Assembly (NCBI GenBank): GCA_963823255.1
Contig: CAWGKU010000003.1
Location: forward strand, 22,913 to 86,912
DNA: 64,000 nt
DNA from: an uncultured Actinomycetes bacterium
Lineage (GTDB): Bacteria; Actinomycetota; UBA4738; HRBIN12
Reading direction: 5' to 3'
The position numbers and the translations under genes were made by a program. The notes below the pieces were generated by a model. The model was not told the origin of the DNA and ran no database searches. It saw only the letters and a list, made by a program, of their open reading frames with translations. Positions within the stretch are counted from its first letter, which is position 1, and each line of letters starts with the position of its first letter. Below are positions 49,848-57,847 of this stretch, one piece after another.

Positions 49848-50650
49848 GTGGCGGGATCTCGCGCGGCGTCGCGCTCCGCCACGATCCGGACGATCTCCGA
49901 GCCCATACGGGCGAGACGCTCGATCTCGTCGCCGCCGTGCTCGAACTGGTCCTGGGGGTCGAACTCGCCCGACTCGCCCGAGACCTTCAGCACGTTGTCC
50001 AGCACGACCGCGACCCCGCCGGCGCGCAGGCCCCAGACCCGGGCCAGCACGAAGATGACGCTCGCCTCCATCTCGGCGGCGATCACGTTCATGCGCTTGA
50101 GGTCCTCGAAGTGCTCGCGCCACGACGACTGCCAGTAGTCGCCGAACGACGAGCCCGGCCGAGGATGCCGCGCGTAGAAGCTGTCGGCCGTCCGGGTCGT
50201 GCCGACATGGAACGGGTACCCGAGCGCCTCACCCGCGGCGATCGACGCCTCCACGATCTCGTGGCTGGCCACGGCCGGGAACTCGAGCGGCGCGTAGAGC
50301 CGCGACGCGCCGTCGTAGCGCGCGGCCGAGTCGAAGATCGCGATGTCGCCGTTGTGCACCCGGTCCTGGAACGTCCCGCAGGTCCCGATCCGCACGAACG
50401 TCGTCGCCCCGACCCGCGCGAGCTCTTCCATCGCGATCGCCGTGGAGGGACACCCGATCCCCGTGGACGTGCACGAGATCGGCACGCCCTGGTAGGTGCC
50501 GGTGAACGTCACGTACTCGCGGTTGCTCGCGACCTCGTGCGACTCGTCCCATAGGCTGGCGACGAGCGGGACCCTGCCAGGGTCGCCCGGCAGCAGCACG
50601 TACGGCGCGACGTCGCCGGGGGCGAGCTTCAGGTGGTACTGGACGCTCAT
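49844..50650 (-). CDS. Uridine phosphorylase-like nucleoside phosphorylase, copy A
   Basis: LLPGDPGR, NREY, STGIGCPS, RIGTCGT, AAEMEA. Confidence 0.9.
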   Translation of the reverse strand: MSVQYHLKLAPGDVAPYVLLPGDPGRVPLVASLWDESHEVASNREYVTFTGTYQGVPISCTSTGIGCPSTAIAMEELARVGATTFVRIGTCGTFQDRVHNGDIAIFDSAARYDGASRLYAPLEFPAVASHEIVEASIAAGEALGYPFHVGTTRTADSFYARHPRPGSSFGDYWQSSWREHFEDLKRMNVIAAEMEASVIFVLARVWGLRAGGVAVVLDNVLKVSGESGEFDPQDQFEHGGDEIERLARMGSEIVRIVAERDAARDPAT

Positions 50651-51693
50651 GCGCCGTCTTGTACCACCGGAGGCGTCATCTCCGCTCGGACCCCGACCAG
50701 ACGCACGGGGCGGTCCAGGTCGAACCGTTCGAGCGCGCGGGCGGCGGCCTCGGCCACCGCGTCGGCGTCCGCGGTGGGTTCGGCGAGGGTCACGCCGTGA
50801 GTGCTCGTGAAGAACGGGGCGAACCGCACCTTGACCACGACGCGGGCGGCCAGCCGCTCGTCCCGGCGGAGGTCGCTCGCCACCTCGCGCGCGGTCCGGG
50901 CGACCTCGTCGGCGACCTCGTTCGGGTCGGTGAGGTCGCGCTGGTACGTGTGCTCGCGGCTGCGACCCTTCGCCGTCCACCCCTCGGGGTGCACGTTCGC
51001 CGAGCCCTCGCCGCGTCCGAGGCTCGCGAGCCACGGGCCGGTGGAGGGCCCGAAGCGTTCGGCGAGGGCGGCCTCGTCGGCGGTCGCGAGCTGGCCGACG
51101 GTTCGGATCCCCAGCTCGGCGAGCTTGGCCGCGGTCTTGGAGCCGATGCCCCACAGCTCGGTGGTGGGGAGGCCGAACATCGACTCCTCCCACCGGTCCG
51201 AGGTCAGCACGAACACCCCCCGCGGCTTGCCGAACCCGCTCGCGAGCTTCGCTTGGAGCCGGTTGTCGCCGATCCCGATCGTCGACCACAGACGGGTCCG
51301 CTCGAGCACCCGCTCCTGGATCGCCCGCGCGAACCCCTCGGGGTCGTCGGTCGTGACGGCCAGAAAGGCCTCGTCCCACCCCGCCACCTCGACCTCGGCC
51401 TCGAACGTGCGGAGCGTGTCCATGACCTCGCGGCTCGCGGCGAGGTACGCGTCCGCGTCGACCGGGAGGAAGATCGCGTCCGGGTTGCGCTTGTACGCGG
51501 TCCGGAGCGGCATCGCGCTGCGGATCCCGAACACGCGCGCCTCGTAGCTGGCGGTCGAGACCACGCCGCGCTTGCTCGGATCCCCGTCGCCGCCGACGAC
51601 GATCGGCTTGCCCTCGAGCTCGGGGTGCCGGAGCCGTTCGACGGCCGCGATGAACTCGTCCAGATCGAGGTGGAGCACGAAGCGCCGAGCCAC
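50647..51693 (-). CDS. dinB: Y-family DNA polymerase IV, DinB2-like
   Basis: LHLDLDEFIAAVE, ASYEAR..GI.SAMP, GWDEAFL, AKLAS..KP.G, little-finger domain KVRFAPF. Confidence 0.92.
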   Translation of the reverse strand: MARRFVLHLDLDEFIAAVERLRHPELEGKPIVVGGDGDPSKRGVVSTASYEARVFGIRSAMPLRTAYKRNPDAIFLPVDADAYLAASREVMDTLRTFEAEVEVAGWDEAFLAVTTDDPEGFARAIQERVLERTRLWSTIGIGDNRLQAKLASGFGKPRGVFVLTSDRWEESMFGLPTTELWGIGSKTAAKLAELGIRTVGQLATADEAALAERFGPSTGPWLASLGRGEGSANVHPEGWTAKGRSREHTYQRDLTDPNEVADEVARTAREVASDLRRDERLAARVVVKVRFAPFFTSTHGVTLAEPTADADAVAEAAARALERFDLDRPVRLVGVRAEMTPPVVQDGA

Positions 51694-51805
51694 GGCGCCA
51701 GCATGGCAAACCGGGACGACGTCGCTCCGCGATCTCAAAGCGAGGGTCGAAGCCTCGAAATGAGCCCGGCCGGCCACCGGTCTTGGCGTGCGCGATACTC
51801 CGCGC

Positions 51806-52870
51806 ATGCGCGCGGCCGTGCTCTGGGACGTCGACGACCTCCGCATCGAGGAGCTCGACCTCGATCCGCCCAGGACCGGCGAGGTCGCGATCCGGATGGC
51901 GGCCTCGGGCGTGTGCCGTTCGGACTCCCACGCGGTCCACGGCGTCCACCGCCACGCGATGCCGATCGTGCTCGGCCACGAGGGTTCGGCCGTGGTCGAG
52001 GAGGTGGGGGAGGGCGTCACCGGGGTCAAGCCCGGCGACCACGTCGTCTGCTCGTGGCTGCCGTACTGCGGCTCGTGCCGCCGGTGCACCGCCGGGCGCC
52101 CGGTCGTGTGCGAACGGTTGGGCGTGTTCGACGCCGGCTTCCTCGCCGACGGGACGACGCGGTTCTCGCACGGGCAGACGCGGATCCACCACAACGTGCC
52201 GTCCTCGTTCGCCGAGCGCTCGGTCGTGCCGGCGAACACCGTGTTCCCCGTGGACGCATCGCTGCCGCTGGAGCAGGTCGCGCTCCTGGGCTGCGCGGTC
52301 ATGACCGGCGTCGGCGCGGTGCTGAACACCGCGAGGGTGCGCCCCGGCGATTCGGTGCTCGTGATCGGGTGCGGCGGCGTCGGGCTCTCGGCGATCCAGG
52401 GGGCGAGGATCGCCGGCGCCTCGCCGATCGTCGCCGTGGACGTGGTGCCGTCCAAGCTCGAGCTCGCGGAGGAGCTCGGCGCGACCCAGACGTTGCTCGC
52501 CGGGCGAGACCGGATCCCCGAGGGGTTCGACCACGCGATCGAGTGCCTCGGGCGCACCGAGACGATCGAGCAGGCGATGAGCGCGGTCGCGCCCGGCGGG
52601 ACGACCGTCCTGGTCGGGATGGCCGCGCCAGGCGTACGCGCCCCGCTCGATGCGCTCCGCACGACGACCAAGGAGCTCACGGTGGTGGGGTCGTGGTACG
52701 GCAGCGTCGTGCCGCCCCGCGACCTGCCGATGCTCGCGCACCTGCTGGGGTTCGGAGAGTTGCGGCTCGAACCGATGATCGCGCGGACGATCCCGCTCGA
52801 CGGGATCCACGACGCGCTCGCGCGGTTCGAGGCCGGGGACGAGGCGCGTTCGGTGATCGTCTACGACTGA
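51806..52870 (+). CDS. Zn-dependent alcohol dehydrogenase (class III-like)
   Basis: GVCRSD, GHEG, CGSCRRC...C, GCGGVG. Confidence 0.92.
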   Translation: MRAAVLWDVDDLRIEELDLDPPRTGEVAIRMAASGVCRSDSHAVHGVHRHAMPIVLGHEGSAVVEEVGEGVTGVKPGDHVVCSWLPYCGSCRRCTAGRPVVCERLGVFDAGFLADGTTRFSHGQTRIHHNVPSSFAERSVVPANTVFPVDASLPLEQVALLGCAVMTGVGAVLNTARVRPGDSVLVIGCGGVGLSAIQGARIAGASPIVAVDVVPSKLELAEELGATQTLLAGRDRIPEGFDHAIECLGRTETIEQAMSAVAPGGTTVLVGMAAPGVRAPLDALRTTTKELTVVGSWYGSVVPPRDLPMLAHLLGFGELRLEPMIARTIPLDGIHDALARFEAGDEARSVIVYD

Positions 52871-53675
52871 GCGGGCTGCGGCGGCGGGAAGCCGAGGCCC
52901 CACGCGTCGTTGCCGCCGTCGACGACGATCGTGGTGCCGGTGATGTAGGCGCCGCCGGAGGTCGACAGGAACGCGATCACGCTCGCCACCTCCTCGGGCG
53001 ACGCGATGCGACCGAGGGGCGCCGTGCGCATCGCCTCGTCGACGAACCCTTCGCCGTACGCGCGGAACGCGTCGGTGTCGATCGCGCCCGTGGCGACGCA
53101 CACCGCGCGGATCCGGTGGCGGCTCCACTCGATCGCGAGCCCGCCCGCCAGGTTCTCCAGCCCGCCCGCGCGGCGGAGGCGTGCACCATCAGCGGGATGC
53201 CCCGGCGAGGGCTGAACCCGATGAACACGACGAGCCCGCCGCCACCCGGGATCATCGAACGCTCCGCGACGGTCCGGGTCAGGTCCCACACCGCGTCGCC
53301 GTTGAGGCGCTGCACCGCGCGCCAGCCCTTGGCAGAGATGGCCTCCGGCGTCGCGACGAACTGGCCGCCCGCGTTGTTCACGAGCACGTCGATCCGGCCG
53401 AACCGATCCAGGACGGCGTCGACGAGCGCGGCGACCTGGTCGGGTTCGCGGACGTCGGTCCCGGGCACCGACAGGATCTCGACGCCCGCCGACGCGAGCT
53501 CTGACGCGACCTCCTCGAGGGGCTCGGCCCGCCGGCCGGCGATGGCGACGCGGGCGCCGGTCCGCGCGTACTCGCGCGCGATCGCTCGTCCCAGGCCGGT
53601 CCCGCCCCCGGTCACGAGGGCCACCAGCCCCTCGTTCGCGTCGGGAGCGAGCGGGGAGCGGTAGTCCTCGGACAT
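52861..53675 (-). CDS. SDR oxidoreductase, peroxisomal trans-2-enoyl-CoA reductase-like (frameshift near 53165)
   Basis: TGGGTGLG, NNAGGQF, HASAARAG|LENL, YITGTTIVVDGG. Confidence 0.85.
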
Positions 53676-53779
53676 GCGCGCCATGATGGCACGACCGCGT
53701 TCGTGCTTCCGGCGCCGTCGCTGTGCGGCTCGAGCGTCTGCTCCTTGACCCGATGCCCGCGGAGGCGTACCACCTGCCC

Positions 53780-55000
53780 GTGAGCTCACGGCTGGACGAG
53801 CTGGCGCGGGCTACACCGGCCACCCGCGATCGCTACGTCGACTTCCTGCGCGCCGCGGCGATCGTCGCGGTGGTGTTCGGCCACTGGTTCATCTCGATCA
53901 ACCACCTCGAACGCGGCATCTACTCGACCACCAGCGCCGTGGGTCTGACCTCGGGGCTGTGGCTCGGCACCTGGCTGTTCCAGGTGATGCCCGTGTTCTT
54001 CTTCGTCGGTGGCTTCTCGAACCTGGTGACCTACGACGCGTTCGTGCGGCGCGGCGAACCGACCTCGGCCTTCGTGCGCAGCCGCCTCGAACGCCTCCTG
54101 CGTCCTTCCCTGGTCTTCCTCGGGTTCTGGCTCGTCGTGCAGGTGTCGCTCCATCTGTTCGACATCGGGGGAGCCGCAGGGCCGCGGCTCGTGGGGGAGA
54201 CGCGGCTGCTGCGCGGGATGTATCCGCCGGCGGCCACGCTCCCGTTCGGGCCGCTGTGGTTCCTGGGCTTCTACTTCGTGGTCGTGTGCATCGCGCCCGC
54301 GACGATCTGGCTCCACCGCAGGTACCGCTGGTGGGTGCCGGCCTTCATGGTGGCCGGAGCCGTCGTCGTCGACATCGTCGGGTTCGGCGCCGATCTGCAT
54401 CTGCTCCGCTACCTGAACGTGGCCTTCGTGCTGCTGCTCCCGCACCAGCTGGGGCACTTCTACGCTGACGGGACGTTCGGGCGGCTGCCGCGGAAGGTGT
54501 TCTGGGCGATGGTGGTCGTCGGGCTCGGTGGCCTCGTCCTGATGACCACGCCGTGGGTGTTCGAGCCGTTCGGTTCGGCCCGGTTCGATTGGTTCCCCGG
54601 CATCGGCCACTACCCCAAGAGCTTGCTCGGTACCGACGTGGAGTCCGTCTCGAACGCCTACCCACCCACGGTCTGCTTCCTGCTGGCGGACATCTGGTCG
54701 ATCGGCGCCGTGATGCTGCTCCGCCCGATGCTGACCCGATGGCTCGAACACCCTCGTCCTTGGAAGGCGACGATCTTCCTGAACGGCGTGATCATGACGC
54801 TGTTCCTGTGGCACATGACCGCGTACTTCGTCGTCCTGCTCGTCCTGTGGCCGATCGGCGTAGGGCATCAGCAGGACAGCACCGCTGCCTGGTGGCTGCT
54901 GCGCCCGGTCGTCATCGGCCTGTCGGCGCTGGTGCTCGCCGGCATCGTGGCGCTCGTCGGACGGTTCGAACGGCCTGTCCGGCGTTCTCCCGCAACGTGA
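53780..55000 (+). CDS. Acyltransferase family 3 membrane protein
   Basis: RDRYVDFLR..AI..VVFGHW, QVMPVFFFVGG, LWFL, MTLFLWH. Confidence 0.9.
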   Translation: MSSRLDELARATPATRDRYVDFLRAAAIVAVVFGHWFISINHLERGIYSTTSAVGLTSGLWLGTWLFQVMPVFFFVGGFSNLVTYDAFVRRGEPTSAFVRSRLERLLRPSLVFLGFWLVVQVSLHLFDIGGAAGPRLVGETRLLRGMYPPAATLPFGPLWFLGFYFVVVCIAPATIWLHRRYRWWVPAFMVAGAVVVDIVGFGADLHLLRYLNVAFVLLLPHQLGHFYADGTFGRLPRKVFWAMVVVGLGGLVLMTTPWVFEPFGSARFDWFPGIGHYPKSLLGTDVESVSNAYPPTVCFLLADIWSIGAVMLLRPMLTRWLEHPRPWKATIFLNGVIMTLFLWHMTAYFVVLLVLWPIGVGHQQDSTAAWWLLRPVVIGLSALVLAGIVALVGRFERPVRRSPAT

Positions 55001-55015
55001 AAGCCGGATCCGCCT

Positions 55016-55042
55016 TCAAGTTTCGGACCCTCGGATGCCGAT
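55016..55042 (+). promoter_or_regulatory. sigma28-type promoter candidate upstream of a structured RNA
   Basis: TCAAG-N16-GCCGAT; the same motif is seen at 38015-38041. Confidence 0.45.
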
Positions 55043-55047
55043 TCCTA

Positions 55048-55175
55048 TCGGGAGACTCGAACGCTCGGTGACGGCGACGTAGGACGCCCCCGCCTCTCGG
55101 CGCGGGTGGCGTCGAGGCCCGGCTCTCCCCCACGCGTCTTCGGAGCCGGGCCTCGGCCGTTCCGGGATCTCCGAC
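55048..55175 (+). ncRNA. Candidate structured small RNA (multibranch, pyrimidine/C-rich loops)
   Basis: Hairpin 55083-55113; 13-bp perfect stem 55113-55155 with a UCCCCC loop; closing helix 55048-55063/55158-55174; intergenic. Confidence 0.5.
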
Positions 55176-55229
55176 ACGGCCGTCATCACCGAAGGACCGT
55201 TGTGCGATGGGTGCGCGTACCCTGACGGC

Positions 55230-55523
55230 ATGGCGCAGACGGCACCGGTCGAAACCGAACGCCCGGTCGGCGACGAGGACGTCGCTCCGGACGTGCCGTG
55301 GATCGTGATCGTCTGGAACGATCCGATCAACCTGATGTCCTACGTCGTGTACGTGTTCCAGAAGCTGTTCGGCTACCCGCGGGACAAGGCCACCAAGCTG
55401 ATGCTCGACGTGCACCAGAAGGGTCGAGCCGTGGTCTCCTCCGGGCCTCGCGAGCGCTGCGAGTTCGACGTGTCGCGTCTGCACGCCCACGGGCTGTGGG
55501 CCACCTTGCAGAAGGACCGCTGA
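55230..55523 (+). CDS. clpS: ATP-dependent Clp protease adaptor ClpS
   Basis: [33 protein letters not shown]; TACCCT -10 six nt before ATG (leaderless). Confidence 0.95.
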   Translation: MAQTAPVETERPVGDEDVAPDVPWIVIVWNDPINLMSYVVYVFQKLFGYPRDKATKLMLDVHQKGRAVVSSGPRERCEFDVSRLHAHGLWATLQKDR

Positions 55524-55525
55524 GC

Positions 55526-55996
55526 GTGCCCGGAGCCCCCGTCAAGCGGTCGCGCCGGGGCGGGTTCGACCTGCGGATCCCGGCGCGCGAACGCGACGTC
55601 CTCGCGACCCTGCCCGACATGCTGCGCGCGCTGCTCGTCGACGGGGACGCCAAGGACCCGGTGCTGCAGCGGCTGTTCCCGAACGCCTTCACCGACGACG
55701 AGGAGGCGTCGACGGAGTTCCGCGAGATCGTGCACGACGACCTGCTCGAACAGCGGCTCGCGGCGATCGACACGATGGAGCGCACCCTGCGCTCGGATCA
55801 TCTGACCGAGGACGAACTGATCGCTTGGCTCGCCGCGCTGAACGACGTCCGGCTGGTCCTGGGGGTGCGGCTCGCCGTCACCGAGGAGGCGACGCCCGCG
55901 GACTTCGCCGGCGATCCCGAGACCGAGGGCGCCTTCGAGCTGTACCGGTACCTGTCCTTCCTCGAGGAGTACGTCGTGGAAGCGCTGTCCTCCTGA
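55526..55996 (+). CDS. DUF2017 family protein
   Basis: DPVLQRLFPNAF, WLAALNDVRLVLGVRL; canonical neighbour of actinobacterial clpS. Confidence 0.88.
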   Translation: MPGAPVKRSRRGGFDLRIPARERDVLATLPDMLRALLVDGDAKDPVLQRLFPNAFTDDEEASTEFREIVHDDLLEQRLAAIDTMERTLRSDHLTEDELIAWLAALNDVRLVLGVRLAVTEEATPADFAGDPETEGAFELYRYLSFLEEYVVEALSS

Positions 55997-56062
55997 ACCG
56001 GCTCGCCCCGGCCCACGCCCCGCGGTAGTCTCCCCGGGATGCCGACGACAGGGGGTTCCAGG

Positions 56063-57004
56063 ATGTCTCGACGTGCCCGCACCGCCGGGCGGATCGGCGC
56101 GTTCGTCGCTCTGGTCTTCCTGATGACGGGGTGCATCAAGCTGAACATGAATCTCGGGATCAACTCCGACAACACGGTGAGCGGCACGGTCGTGTTCGGC
56201 GTCCAGAAGGAGCTCCTCGATCTGACCGGGCAGAACGTCCAGGACCTGCTCGGCAGCGACGCCCCGTTCCCGAGCAACGCCCCCGGGGTCACGGTCGAGC
56301 CGTTCGACGACGGCGAATTCGTCGGGCAACAGTTCATCTTCGAGGACGTGCCGATCGCGGAGTTCAACTCGGGCGGCTTCGTGGGTGGCACGGGCGCGAC
56401 CGGCATCTCCGGGGCGACCGGCGGGGGCGACACGCTGAACATCGCACGTCAGGGGGACACGTTCGTGGTGACCGGCGTCCTCGATCTGTCCTCGGGTCTG
56501 TCGGGCGCGACGGGGCCGTTCGGTGGCAGCGGCGGCGCGCAGTTCTTCCAGAGCGCGGACATCAAGATCGCGCTCACGTTCCCCGGCGCGGTCGTCGAGG
56601 CGCCGGGGGGTCAGATCGACGGCAACACCGTGACCTACGTGCCGAAGTTCGGCGAGCGGTTGGAGATCAACGCGACCGGCAGCGCCGTGGACAACGGCGA
56701 GGCAGCCGACGTGGTGGGCGGCAGCGATTCGATGCTGCCGCTGATCCTGATCATCGTGGGGGTCGTGCTCGTGCTGCTGATCATCATCGCCCTGGTGATC
56801 CGGAGCCGCCGGCACAAGGGGGACGACGCGGGAACGACGGGGTTCGGCGAGACCGGAGCCCCCGCCACGCCCGAGGGGGCGGCGCCACCGCCGGGAGCTC
56901 CGACCGATGGAACTCCTCCGGCCGCACCGCCGATGCCGCCGGCCGACACCACCACCGCCGCCACCCGCCGAGGGCTGAGCCCGAGGGCTGAGCCCGAGGG
57001 CTGA
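56063..57004 (+). CDS. LppM-like lipoprotein with C-terminal TM and Pro-rich tail
   Basis: Lipobox LMTGC, IKLNMNLGINSDNTVSG, LTFPGAV, TM helix, Pro-rich tail; the true stop may be at 56978. Confidence 0.75.
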   Translation: MSRRARTAGRIGAFVALVFLMTGCIKLNMNLGINSDNTVSGTVVFGVQKELLDLTGQNVQDLLGSDAPFPSNAPGVTVEPFDDGEFVGQQFIFEDVPIAEFNSGGFVGGTGATGISGATGGGDTLNIARQGDTFVVTGVLDLSSGLSGATGPFGGSGGAQFFQSADIKIALTFPGAVVEAPGGQIDGNTVTYVPKFGERLEINATGSAVDNGEAADVVGGSDSMLPLILIIVGVVLVLLIIIALVIRSRRHKGDDAGTTGFGETGAPATPEGAAPPPGAPTDGTPPAAPPMPPADTTTAATRRGLSPRAEPEG

Positions 57005-57005
57005 G
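56968..57005 (+). repeat. 13-bp tandem repeat x3 (CCGAGGGCTGAGC)
   Basis: Units at 56968, 56981 and 56994; TGA at 56976, 56989 and 57002. Confidence 0.9.
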
Positions 57006-57040
57006 GCAGCGGCCTTCGTGCTCGGTCGGCAGGGATCGCG

Positions 57041-57298
57041 TCAGGCGGCGCGGGGCAGCACCCGTCGGATGAAGACGTCCTCCGGGAGCGGCGCCCACTC
57101 GCCGCCGTCGAGACGGATGACCGTCTCGACCGGTGCGAGCGCTCGGGTCGGGCCCTGGATCTCCACGATGCCACCGTCCAGTCGGACGGACGAGCGTCCG
57201 CACCCGCACGATCCGTCGGACCCTGCGAGCTCGAACGGTTCCTCGCACGCGAAGCAGTACAGCCACTTCACGGGCGTCGGTGCGAGTGTGTCGGCCAT
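57041..57298 (-). CDS. Small Cys-rich (CxxC...CxC) hypothetical protein
   Basis: WLYCFACEE...SCGCGRS; GAGGTG SD. Confidence 0.7.
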   Translation of the reverse strand: MADTLAPTPVKWLYCFACEEPFELAGSDGSCGCGRSSVRLDGGIVEIQGPTRALAPVETVIRLDGGEWAPLPEDVFIRRVLPRAA

Positions 57299-57314
57299 CG
57301 TCATCACCTCGAGG

Positions 57315-57405
57315 TTGACGTGCGGTCCGGCGAGCAGGGGGGAGAGGGGCGCGCCGGACCGCACCGTCAATCTTCTTGGGACCGCCGGCCGGGGGGCCGT
57401 TGGTC
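57315..57405 (-). ncRNA. 6C-like RNA (two hairpins, each with six consecutive C)
   Basis: Minus strand: GACCaaCGGCCCCCCGGCCGgcGGTC, then TTGAC-g-GTGCGGTCCGGCG-[cgcccctctCCCCCCtgct]-CGCCGGACCGCAC-GTCAA. Confidence 0.65.
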
Positions 57406-57420
57406 GCGGACGGCATGTGG

Positions 57421-57446
57421 GTACCCGGCCGTTCCGGTGACCAAAC
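57421..57446 (-). promoter_or_regulatory. SigF/SigB-type promoter
   Basis: Minus strand GTTT-N16-GGGTAC. Confidence 0.7.
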
Positions 57447-57511
57447 ACCGGGAGGTACGCGTGGACTAGGCGGCTCGGCGGGAGGAGAGTTCGAGCACGG
57501 TCATCGGTCGC

Positions 57512-57847
57512 TTACCCCGGCAGCGGGTCGGCGGCGTCCTCGAACGGCAGACGCTCGTCGAGCCTCGTGAGGACGAACACGCGGTGGACCGCGTCGGACG
57601 CCCTGATGATCGCGAACGGACGGTCGTGTTCGACCGCTCGCGCGTGCGCCGACAGGATGAACCGCAACCCCGTCGAGTCGATGAACGCGAGGTAGCGGAG
57701 ATCGAGGGTGATCCCGCCTCGACCCTCGCTCTCGGTCCGCGCCAGGGCGTCCTCGGCGTCCGCGACGGTGGCGAGGTCGAGCTCGCCGCTCAGCCGCAGG
57801 ACCGTGCCGGTCTCGGTGATCACGGGGTCGATGCCGAGCGCCGTCAT
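57512..57847 (-). CDS. STAS anti-sigma-factor antagonist
   Basis: LSGELDLA, LDLRYLAFIDSTGL. Confidence 0.9.
   Translation of the reverse strand: MTALGIDPVITETGTVLRLSGELDLATVADAEDALARTESEGRGGITLDLRYLAFIDSTGLRFILSAHARAVEHDRPFAIIRASDAVHRVFVLTRLDERLPFEDAADPLPG

Noticed and set aside
51694-51805. LexA (SOS) box upstream of dinB
   Set aside because: No TCGAAC-N4-GTTCGA match; only isolated TCGAA half-sites.
5822-56978. Many split genes (5822-8208, 14674, ~15630, ~16500, ~22030, ~24360, ~28305, ~37150, ~40745, ~49170, ~53165, ~56950) as pseudogenes or programmed frameshifts
   Set aside because: Small indels are scattered across unrelated genes whose motifs are intact on both sides, and I saw no shared slippery motif. 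This is best explained by long-read consensus error; read mapping would settle it.
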